64,000 nt of DNA, taken from NCBI GenBank assembly GCA_963663765.2, contig CAXXUA010000004.1, positions 1 through 64,000 of the forward strand. The letters run 5' to 3'. This document shows, piece after piece, positions 53,566-62,253 of the stretch (the stretch's first letter is position 1; every line of letters begins with the position of its first letter). The position numbers and the translations under genes were made by a program. The notes beneath the pieces were generated by a model, which had not been told where the DNA came from, did no database searches, and saw only the letters and a list, made by a program, of their open reading frames with translations. Source of the DNA: Candidatus Poribacteria bacterium (GTDB lineage Bacteria; Poribacteria; WGA-4E; WGA-3G).

Positions 53566-54635
53566 GAAAGCGAGGGTTCTTAGGTTGATTGCAGCATTTA
53601 TGTCTCTATCTATTTGATAGTCGCATTGACTGCAATGATACGTTCTCTCTGATAGCGTCAAATCATCTTTCTTGTGTCTACAACGACTACAAGTTTTACT
53701 TGAAGCATAGAATTGCGGTGCTTGTAATACAGGTATTCCGAAAGCATCTGCTTTCGTTTTTAGCTTATTGAGAAACCCACCTAACGCTGAATCCGATAAT
53801 GCCTTCGCGAGTTTTCTATTCTTTAGCATGTTCGTTATTTTTAGTGTCTCAATGCTGATAGTAGATGCAAGGTTGACGATCTCTGTAGTTGCTTTGTGGT
53901 GTGCATCATTTCGGATACAAGCGATACGATAGTGGATACGTTCTAACTTGTGTTTCTGCTTGAACCAGTTTTTTGACTTGAAAACACGCCGACTCAACTT
54001 GCGTTGTTCCCTCTTTAGTTTTCTCTCATAGCGTTTCAGAGGTCTTGGATTCTCATATTTCGTGCCATTACTCAAGGTGGCAAGTGTGTTGATGCCTAGA
54101 TCTATACCGATAACAGGGTGCGTTGAATTGTCAACGACTTCGGTGTCCTCTGTTTCTACAGTGATAGATATAAACCAACGATGTGCTGTCCTTGAAATCG
54201 TCACGCTGGTAATCTTCCCTACAAAACGCAATGCTTGACGCATTTTGACCCAACCAACCTTAGGCAACCGGACCTTCTTGCCTTCAACTTTCACAGATTG
54301 TACGTCTGTTGTCCATGTGTCCCGAATCCCACGCTTTTTGAATCGAGGAAACCTCGCACGTTTGCTAACCCAATTCGTAATCGCTTGACCCAAATTCTTG
54401 ATCGCATACAACGCAGCTCTTTGGTCTTGTGAACGTGTCCACTCATAACGCTTTTTCGCTTTGTTGAAGTTGTTATTAAGGGTGCGCCACGACTGGAAGT
54501 TATCATTATCTAATCCTACATTAAATCTGACAACGGTTGATTATACGCAAAACGAGCATAACCACATTGTTGGGAAAACCATGTGCGTTGTTTGTTGTTC
54601 GGATTCAATGTAATCTTGTGTGTTTTGTAGGGCAT
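53560..54635 (-). pseudogene. tnpB: RNA-guided endonuclease TnpB with one frameshift near 54523
   Basis: MPYKTHKITLNPNNKQ...ARFAYN; one base missing in GAT-TT-AAT; then RuvC GIDLG, SIETL and DRDINAAINL plus zinc finger CSRC/CSQC. Confidence 0.9.
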
Positions 54636-54716
54636 ACCTGACTCCTGATAAGATGCTGACCCCCTCGTCAAAGGTGTGGCAGGTGTTGACGCACCTACCA
54701 CAGAGTCAGTCTTATT

Positions 54717-54746
54717 ATTATACCACAACTTTAGGGAAAATATCAA
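54717..54746 (-). promoter_or_regulatory. sigma-70 promoter for tnpB
   Basis: TTGATA-18 nt-TATAAT with TG extension. Confidence 0.6.
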
Positions 54747-54795
54747 GCGTTTTTTGACCCGAGGGTGGGTAAAGTTTTTGTAGAAACCCTATTAT

Positions 54796-55001
54796 TATAG
54801 TGGATTTTAGAATTATTTTTTGCACTATCAGGTGTAGGAGGGAACTCCGATTCCCGACTATCAAGGCGTTCAGTCGCGATTCGGAGATCGAAATCAAGTA
54901 ATCAACGGTATGAATACCTTATGGTATTCCCCGGGTATGAATGCCTATTGGCATTCCCCGCCTACAGAAAAAGTGTAAACTTAATTGTATATTTCACTAT
55001 A
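54796..55001. mobile_element. MITE family D (TATAGTG... ends, TA-flanked), nested in the family-B copy
   Basis: TATAGTGGATTTTAGAATTA ... TAATTGTATATTTCACTATA; contains a REP doublet at 54834-54965. Confidence 0.65.
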
Positions 55002-55059
55002 AAAGAAGTATCTAAAGTTTCTATCAAAGTTTGCTTCACGTAAGGGAACTGTGGACATC

Positions 55060-55122
55060 GTAGGGGCGAGGTTTCCTCGCCTGCGTAATACCTTTGCTCG
55101 GGCAGGGAGTCCCCGCCCCTAC
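55060..55122. repeat. REP doublet (GTAGGGGCG family)
   Basis: GTAGGGGCGAGGTTTCCTCGCC ... GGGCAGGGAGTCCCCGCCCCTAC. Confidence 0.75.
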
Positions 55123-55259
55123 ACACAGTAACCAAAACTTTACACACCCTTGACCCGAAGCTAAAGGCTTGGGATTGTCATTTAATTCCCTTCATCTGTT
55201 TTTTCGGACTAATATGGATATTGATTACTACATATCTTGAATTGAGGGTTGCAAATTAT

Positions 55260-55382
55260 CAGGACTTACGCAGTTTTCTTGATTTAATCATAAATTATGA
55301 CGAAAATGATGCCGTTATCAGCGTTTTTATGGGTTTCCGGCGCGCTTACAAAGCACGCCTACCGTTGTGTGCGTAAGTCCTG
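55260..55382 (-). mobile_element. MITE family A, second copy
   Basis: Perfect 13-bp TIR CAGGACTTACGCA; TSD ATTAT at 55255-55259 and 55383-55387. Confidence 0.93.
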
Positions 55383-56126
55383 ATTATATTCGATCAGTTC
55401 TGTAATACCTTCATCATCTTCTATTCTTACAATGCCAATATTTGGAACAAACCAAATCAACTTAGTATCAATAACTGTTTCCTCATTTGATAAAACTAAA
55501 TGAGTTATATCTGTTTCATATTGTATCTGAAATGCATTCTCAAATGTTCCTGCAGATGTATGAATAACATTTTGATCAAGCACTTTACAATGAACGTTAA
55601 TATGGACATCAAACGCAAACTGAAGAAGAACAAGGTCCTGCAAAATGAGGTTACCGGTGATATTAGTATTTAATGCATCCCATTGAGAATTCAGTGTTAA
55701 AGGAGTATGCAAAAAAAGGAGTTCAGGGTACAACTCTGTATCAGAATTCACACTTATTTCTAATCCTGTGAATTCATCCTCAACAACTTTTGGCAGTCCA
55801 TTTTGAAGATAATTATTAATTCTTTCATCTACTCTGAAAAAAACCTGATTCTGAGTAACACGAAAAGAGGAAGGGATAAGAATATCCAATTCGTTACCAG
55901 TCATTTCTGGTATAAAATCAATTTTCTGAAATAAGATGTTGTTTGTAGTTATATCATCTGCGACTGACCACGTCCATAGCAACTCATCAGGAGTTTGATA
56001 GACCCATCTCGTTCCAACTGCATCGGGGAAGTAGTTTGGTTTAAATTCAGTAGGTTCAGGATCCTTATCAGAACTGCATGCAACAAACATTGTAATGCAG
56101 TATATCGTTAAAAGAAAAAACCTCAT
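55359..56126 (-). CDS. hypothetical lipoprotein
   Basis: Lipobox FVAC; YFP..VGTRWVY and T.AGTF...WFVPNIGIV motifs; last 7 aa come from the MITE. Confidence 0.75.
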   Translation of the reverse strand: MRFFLLTIYCITMFVACSSDKDPEPTEFKPNYFPDAVGTRWVYQTPDELLWTWSVADDITTNNILFQKIDFIPEMTGNELDILIPSSFRVTQNQVFFRVDERINNYLQNGLPKVVEDEFTGLEISVNSDTELYPELLFLHTPLTLNSQWDALNTNITGNLILQDLVLLQFAFDVHINVHCKVLDQNVIHTSAGTFENAFQIQYETDITHLVLSNEETVIDTKLIWFVPNIGIVRIEDDEGITELIEYNQDLRTQR

Positions 56127-56182
56127 TTTATGCCTTGATGAATTGAGATTATTATAGGAATGCTATGACGGTGAACAAGTGA

Positions 56183-56213
56183 TTATAGGCGCGGGTTGAG
56201 ACGCGCCTATAAT
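56183..56213. terminator. intergenic hairpin
   Basis: ATTATAGGCGCG-GGTTGAGA-CGCGCCTATAAT just downstream of the redoxin gene. Confidence 0.55.
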
Positions 56214-56223
56214 TGGCAATATA

Positions 56224-57549
56224 CTATTCTGCTGATTCTTCCTTCAAAGCTTCAGCAACCAATTTCTCTAAATTACTCCTTGCATTATTTGAGATCAGTT
56301 TACCCTCTTTGTCTATGAGCCACACTGTCGGAATCCCAAAAATACCATACTTTCGTGATACAGGACTATTCCAACCTTTACCGCTATAGACTTGTCTCCA
56401 AGCAATATCGTTCTTTTTGAGATATTCCCTGAGTTTAGTTTCATCAGAATCAAGACTAATACCAACGATATCAAACCCTTTGTCTTTGTAGGTATCATAT
56501 ACCTTTTTAACTTTAGGCATGTCTGCGATGCAGGGACCACACCAAGTCGCCCAGAAATCAACTAAGAGAACTTTACCGCGATATGCTTCAATGGATATCG
56601 GTTTTCCTTCAAGATCTGTTGCTTCAAAATCGGGAACCATTTTGCCAAGAAACGCCAACCCAGGAACATACTTTTTACGGTATTCTAAAGCCAATTCATC
56701 GTTACCACGTTGCTTATGAATACTCTCAAGCCTTTGTAGGACAAAACGATTTTGGGGTTCATGTTTTTCAAGTTCTTGAAATAGTTGTAGTTCTTCATCA
56801 AACCGATTCAATGCTTTAAGCATATCTCCTAACACGGCACCATGATAATAGTTCTTAGGATCCATCTGTGATTTGAATCGCTTCATCAAGTTCTCAGCAT
56901 CTTCCATGCGTTCTGCTTTCATATAGAGTTGATGAAGCGTAGCATAGAGTCTATAAACCCGTTGAATATCGGTCTTTTTCTTTAATACCTTATCCAATGC
57001 TTGAATTGCAGGTTCAACACCACCATATACTTTTTCAAGTGAATTCTGCCATGAATATGGTGCGCGATACACTTTGTTTTCAAAACTCAGACTTAACATT
57101 GAATAAGAGGGGTTATTATTTTCATTATGATGTATACAACGTACAAGAGGCGTTACATCACCTAACAAATCACGTGCACTCATGACTGAATTCCGCAATT
57201 GTGGTGCTAACTGATAGTCATAACTCACAGGTTTATTTGGATCTTTTGTGAGTGGATGTAAGGTTTTTCCTCCATTCTTGTCTGCAGGACACAACAGAAC
57301 TTTCTCGTCTGCTAAGTATTTTGGAACAAGGTCTGATAACCATTTAGGATAATCACCATGTTCCTTATGGTAGGCTTGAATTGCTTTGCCTACTGTTTCC
57401 AGATTGTGTGTACAAATCTCTATGTTCTTCTTTTTCATGTTCTTTTTTTCTACTGGATCAACGTCTGAACTTTTATCAGAATCGTCTTCCGCATATACAG
57501 AAGGAATCATCAAACACAACAGAATTCCAATGGTTAGAATGACTTTCAT
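56224..57549 (-). CDS. secreted TlpA-family redoxin with TPR-like and extra N-terminal domains
   Basis: Signal peptide; PDFEATDLEG, VDFWATWCGPC, GIPTVWLIDKEG. Confidence 0.85.
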   Translation of the reverse strand: MKVILTIGILLCLMIPSVYAEDDSDKSSDVDPVEKKNMKKKNIEICTHNLETVGKAIQAYHKEHGDYPKWLSDLVPKYLADEKVLLCPADKNGGKTLHPLTKDPNKPVSYDYQLAPQLRNSVMSARDLLGDVTPLVRCIHHNENNNPSYSMLSLSFENKVYRAPYSWQNSLEKVYGGVEPAIQALDKVLKKKTDIQRVYRLYATLHQLYMKAERMEDAENLMKRFKSQMDPKNYYHGAVLGDMLKALNRFDEELQLFQELEKHEPQNRFVLQRLESIHKQRGNDELALEYRKKYVPGLAFLGKMVPDFEATDLEGKPISIEAYRGKVLLVDFWATWCGPCIADMPKVKKVYDTYKDKGFDIVGISLDSDETKLREYLKKNDIAWRQVYSGKGWNSPVSRKYGIFGIPTVWLIDKEGKLISNNARSNLEKLVAEALKEESAE

Positions 57550-57660
57550 TTTTATCTCCTTGTTGAGTTAATTGAATATTTTATTGTTAACGTTAGTTTT
57601 TTATAGTCAAATTTATATAATTATGTTCGGTGATGAAAACGCACCTACCAGAGTTTTTGG

Positions 57661-59004
57661 TTATAGTAATAGTTCACGAACATAAACTGCGATAAAGAAT
57701 ACTGCGAAATAGTGGACGAGAGGATTCACCTCTTTCCTACGTCCAGTGACAAGCTTTAAAAATGACATAGAAATAAAACCGAATGCGATTCCTTCTGTAA
57801 TACTGAAAGCAAGAGGCATCATTAATACAGTCAAAGCAGCGGGTATTGCTTCAGTGAAATCTTCCCAATTTATGTTGATAAGGTCTTTAAGCATCAACCC
57901 ACCCACAACAACTAATGCGGGACCAATTATAGGATAAAGTGGAATTGGACTTCCTTGTTGTATAAATCCACCCCCAACAATTTTTGCTAAAGGTGTAAAA
58001 AACATTGCACACAACATGAGCAGACCTGTAACAATTGCAGTCAATCCTGTTCGTCCCCCCTCAGCAATGCCAGAAGCACTTTCAATATAACACGTAACTG
58101 TTGAGGTGCCAAGACATGCCCCACCTACGGAACCAACTGCATCTGACAAAAGTGCTTGTCTGCCTTTTGATAATTTTCCATCCTCCATCAAGTCTGCCTC
58201 ATAACCAGTAGCAGTTAGTGTGCCGATGCTATCAAACATATCCACTGCAAAGAAGAAAAATATATAAGGTATAAGTTCCATCAACTTTGAAGGACTTGGG
58301 AACCGTAATTTTAGAAAAGTAGGTTCGATTGAGGAAGGCATAGAAACAATACCCTCAAATTTTGCAATTCCAAAAATAAGTGCGACAATTCCAGTTGCAA
58401 GTATCCCCATCAACATAGCACCCTTCACCCGGTGTGCCATCAATGTAATTATTACTAACAATCCGAAAATTGAGACCAAGACAGGTTTAGATTGGATATT
58501 TCCAAGTTTTACAAATGTATCCGGATCTGCAGTGATAATCCCACACATCCGTAAACCGATAAACGCGATAAAAACGCCAATTCCTACAGCAATAGCGTTT
58601 TGGAGTGAAGATGGCAGTGCATTCATAACTGCAGCACGTAAACCGACGAAGGAAAGAATGACAAACAGCATTCCCGATATGAAAACAATACCTAAAGCGA
58701 ATTGCCAGTCAAGACCAAGTCCACGTTCTTTTGATACAATCTCATAAACAAAATATGTATTTATTCCCATACCCGGTGCAAGTGCAACCGGATAGTTCGC
58801 AAGAAATGCCATCAAAAAAGTTGCAAAAGCACTTGAGACACATGTTGCAACCAATACAGCATCTGGATCCATACCTGCTTGACCCAGAAAATAAGGTTGT
58901 ACAAAGATAATATATGAAAGTGTCATAAAGGTTGTACAACCTGCGACAATCTCTCTTCGTATACTTGTCCCGTGTTCTTTTAAACGAAATAATTTTTCTA
59001 ACAC
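57661..59004 (-). CDS. NCS2/AzgA-family purine permease
   Basis: EIVAGCTTFMTLSYI, ALAPGMG, DMFDSIGT, YIESASGIAEGGRTGLTA. Confidence 0.93.
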   Translation of the reverse strand: MLEKLFRLKEHGTSIRREIVAGCTTFMTLSYIIFVQPYFLGQAGMDPDAVLVATCVSSAFATFLMAFLANYPVALAPGMGINTYFVYEIVSKERGLGLDWQFALGIVFISGMLFVILSFVGLRAAVMNALPSSLQNAIAVGIGVFIAFIGLRMCGIITADPDTFVKLGNIQSKPVLVSIFGLLVIITLMAHRVKGAMLMGILATGIVALIFGIAKFEGIVSMPSSIEPTFLKLRFPSPSKLMELIPYIFFFFAVDMFDSIGTLTATGYEADLMEDGKLSKGRQALLSDAVGSVGGACLGTSTVTCYIESASGIAEGGRTGLTAIVTGLLMLCAMFFTPLAKIVGGGFIQQGSPIPLYPIIGPALVVVGGLMLKDLININWEDFTEAIPAALTVLMMPLAFSITEGIAFGFISMSFLKLVTGRRKEVNPLVHYFAVFFIAVYVRELLL

Positions 59005-59166
59005 AATTCCCCCTAAAATATGAATCGCTAATTACAATTAACAATCAATCATGTCTTGAAAATACACATATTATCCAAATACTCTATCAAGTAACTAGGA
59101 ATTTAAAACCTACATTAGTATATTTCTATTCATAGATATAACCCAGATTAGCATGCTTGTCAAGTA

Positions 59167-60795
59167 CTACTTGTCTAAAACAATATGTACTTCCGCATTC
59201 GCACCCTCTTCACCAACAAATAGATTTGCGGTTATCGGTCCAAGTGACTCCAATGGAAATAGATTATCTTGGATTTGCTGCATTAATTGAGCATCCAGTT
59301 TTATACCAGAAAATGATGCAAGAATCGTAACTAATGGGATGAACCTTTTTATTTCAGGTACTAACAGTTGCGGTTGAACATAAGTCTGAATACCATTAGA
59401 CGCAAATGTTATGTCTTCTAAATTAGGAGAGTCTCCAGAATTCGTATCAAGTACAGTTTTTAACCCATCCAATGTCGTACTTAAAAATAGATCGTTATTC
59501 ACAATTGCATAAGCACCAGTATACGACATTAGGATATTTAAACGCATTCGAAGAGGATGTAAAGAAATTCCTTTATAGTTTTGCACTTCAAGGAACTCAA
59601 TAGGCCTTCCCGCAACAGAAAATTTTGTGTTATTAAGTTTTTTTATGTTTTCATCAAGAGATTTTATGTTTTGAATTGGGGTATGTATCACTAACGAAGG
59701 TAATTTTGACATTTCACCTTCATTACGAGAAACTATAGCAGCAGTCATTTCGGGTTTAAAAATGTCATAAAAACTTACATCATCTGATTCAATTTCAATT
59801 GTTAATAGAGAAGTTAATACTTGCCAAAACTGAGTCCAATTATGCTGTGGATAGAATGCAACTAAAGCGGTATGTTTAGGAATAAATGTTGGTGTGGTTC
59901 GCGGTTTTGAATGTGGGTTTTTTGGTGATTCGTGATTTCCAAACTGATATTTTGAAACTACCGCACCTTCTTCATACCGATTCTCAAATGTCCAAAACTT
60001 TCCTTCGTTAATCATAGAAGATAAATGACCAGAAATATTATCATTTTCATCTGCTAGATGTTTTAACAACACAGAAAAGCGTGGAAGGTCCACATATCCA
60101 GTGTTTGTATTGTCATTATAACTTTTCTGTATATGTTTTTTAATGGAATGTTTAGTAAGAAAACCTTCATTTTTATCATTATATATGTCTATTACTTCTG
60201 CTAAAAGCAAGGGATTAAGGGTTAACACTCCTATTTTTCCGATAAAGGTATAACTAAAATCAAGTGGATATCCAATTATGGTATTGATAGTTAGACCGTT
60301 GTGTTCTGTCTTAATTCGTTTATAGTTAGGGTTTATTAGATCTGTCGCTGTGATTGCTTCAATGGCAAGCTTTTCTGGTCCACCTACTTCTGTAATAAGT
60401 AGAAATGAGAACTCATTTTCACGTTGATAGAGTGCAAGAATTACTTCCTTACCAAAATGACCTTTAACTGCTCGCATATCAAATCTTCCACCCATTTCGT
60501 ATTCCCAGAGCATTTTCTGATATACAATCTGACGCCACCAAAGTTTAGATCCTATTTGCTTGAATATAGGCATCTGTTTGACCTGCTTACCAAATTCACT
60601 CTCATTAAATGCCTTAACAAGTCCATCCAAATCCTTCAATGTCAAATAACATATTGGAGATTCTGGGAGTAATGTGATAAGACTATGTTCAGGTTTCCAA
60701 AGTGAAGTTTGATGATAAACAACAGTTAACAATAGAATGATACCAACCAATACAATTAGTAGGGTGAAGATGAATCTTTTCTTTGACTTTTGCAT
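59167..60795 (-). CDS. membrane-anchored hypothetical protein (DUF3352-like)
   Basis: N-terminal TM followed by LLPE; beta-rich repeats; family call tentative. Confidence 0.5.
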   Translation of the reverse strand: MQKSKKRFIFTLLIVLVGIILLLTVVYHQTSLWKPEHSLITLLPESPICYLTLKDLDGLVKAFNESEFGKQVKQMPIFKQIGSKLWWRQIVYQKMLWEYEMGGRFDMRAVKGHFGKEVILALYQRENEFSFLLITEVGGPEKLAIEAITATDLINPNYKRIKTEHNGLTINTIIGYPLDFSYTFIGKIGVLTLNPLLLAEVIDIYNDKNEGFLTKHSIKKHIQKSYNDNTNTGYVDLPRFSVLLKHLADENDNISGHLSSMINEGKFWTFENRYEEGAVVSKYQFGNHESPKNPHSKPRTTPTFIPKHTALVAFYPQHNWTQFWQVLTSLLTIEIESDDVSFYDIFKPEMTAAIVSRNEGEMSKLPSLVIHTPIQNIKSLDENIKKLNNTKFSVAGRPIEFLEVQNYKGISLHPLRMRLNILMSYTGAYAIVNNDLFLSTTLDGLKTVLDTNSGDSPNLEDITFASNGIQTYVQPQLLVPEIKRFIPLVTILASFSGIKLDAQLMQQIQDNLFPLESLGPITANLFVGEEGANAEVHIVLDK

Positions 60796-61020
60796 AATGG
60801 TAGAAAACAGCTTTTGTGCGTCAATTTGCTATCATCGTTTAGTATAACATTATTATGGATATAATACAATAGGACTTATTTTAAGGCCAGGGTTATTTAG
60901 ATTTCAATTTATTGATATTATTTTGCTGTTTCGTTAATTTTATGGGATACCATCTTGTCTAGTTCTTTAGTCCCGTATGAAGATTAATTTATGAATAGGG
61001 TAATAAATATTTTTCAGATG

Positions 61021-62163
61021 GTAGGTGTGCTTTGTAAGCGCGCTCTTGGGATTTGATGTGCCAGCGCGCTTACAATGCACGCCTGCGGTTGGGGGTCAGG
61101 TGGGTGGCGCGCCTACAAAGCACGGCTGCAGTTGGGTGGCAGTTGGGGGGCGCGCGGACAAAGCACGCCTGCAGTTGGGGGTAGTTGGCAGGCTCGCTTA
61201 CAAAGCACGCCTGCAGTTAGGGGCAGTTGGGGGGCGCGCTTACAAAGCACGCCTGCAGTTAGGGGGCAGTTGGGGGGCGCGCTTACAAAGCACGGCTGCG
61301 GTTGGGGGGCAGATGGGAGGCGCCGCTTACAAAGCACGCCTGCGGTTGGGGGGCAGTTGGCAGGCGCGCTTACAAAGCACGCCTGCGGTTGGGGGGCAGG
61401 TGGGTGGCGCGCCTACAAAGCACGCCTGCAGTTGGGGGGCGCGCGGACAAAGCACGCCTGCAGTTGGGGGGAGTTGGCAGGCGCGCTTACAAAGCACGCC
61501 TGCAGTTAGGGGGCAGTTGGGGGGCGCGCTTACAAAGCACGCCTGCGGTTGGGGGGCAGATGTGAGGCGCGCTTACAAAGCACGCCTGCGGTTGGGGGGC
61601 AGTTGGCAGGCGCACTTACAAAGCACGCCTGCAGTTGGGGGTAGTTGGCAGGCTCGCTTACAAAGCACGCCTGCAGTTAGGGGCAGTTGGGGGGCGCGCT
61701 TACAAAGCACGCCTGCAGTTAGGGGGCAGTTGGGGGGCGCGCTTACAAAGCACGGCTGCGGTTGGGGGGCAGATGGGAGGCGCCGCTTACAAAGCACGCC
61801 TGCGGTTGGGGGGCAGTTGGCAGGCGCGCTTACAAAGCACGCCTGCAGTTGGGGGCAGTTGGCAGGCGCGCTTACAAAGCACGCCTGCAGTTAGGGGGCA
61901 GTTGGGGGGCGCGCTTACAAAGCACGCCTGCAGTTGGGGGGAGTTGGGGGGCGCGCGGACAAAGCACGCCTGCAGTTGGGGGGAGTTGGGGGGCGCGCGG
62001 ACAAAGCACGCCTGCAGTTGGGGGGCAGATGGGAGGCGCGCTTACAAAGCACGCCTGCAGTTGGGGGAGTTGGGGGGCGCGCTTACAAAGCGGTAAATCA
62101 AGAAATCAACGGTATGAATGCCATTTAGGCATTCCCCGCCTACCGTTGGGTGCGCAAGTCCTG
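61021..62163 (+). repeat. REP-derived G-rich tandem array (24 full units plus 1 partial, mostly 42-44 bp) inside a REP/MITE composite
   Basis: Unit GCGCGCTTACAAAGCACGCCTGC(A/G)GTT plus G-rich linker from 61064 to 62091; inverted REP at 61021; hairpin insert at 62095-62137; family-A end at 62151-62163. Confidence 0.95.
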
Positions 62164-62253
62164 ATATAACAAAACATAAGCAAACAACAAGAACAGTATG
62201 CAAAACCAAATATTGCGAAGAAATTGCAATGTTTTTGCAACAAATAACTGGAA

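Larger units (their letters stand above)
54763..55149. mobile_element. MITE family B (9-bp TSD), second copy
   Basis: GGGTGGGTAAAGTTTT ... AAAACTTTACACACCC; TSD TTGACCCGA at 54754-54762 and 55150-55158. Confidence 0.9.
53418..55190 (-). mobile_element. IS200/IS605-family element, tnpB-only (IS1341-like), with a nested MITE at its left-end hairpin
   Basis: Left end GGGAATTAAATGACAATCCCAAGCC...; right-end hairpin ending in TCAC at 53418; preceded by ATGAA; both ends match 19650-20102. Confidence 0.9.

Noticed and set aside
60870-60880. Left family-A TIR (TAGGACTTAT) pairing with the end at 62163
   Set aside because: Only a partial match and the 5-bp flanks do not form a TSD, so the left boundary of that composite is not called
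61064-62091. CRISPR array
   Set aside because: The variable parts are only about 5-17 nt, resemble each other and recur; the constant part is a dispersed REP; no cas genes are in the window
61025-62169. Overlapping repetitive ORFs in the array (up to 289 aa)
   Set aside because: Open frames result from stop-poor GC-rich repeats; mixed unit lengths shift frames and no RBS is evident
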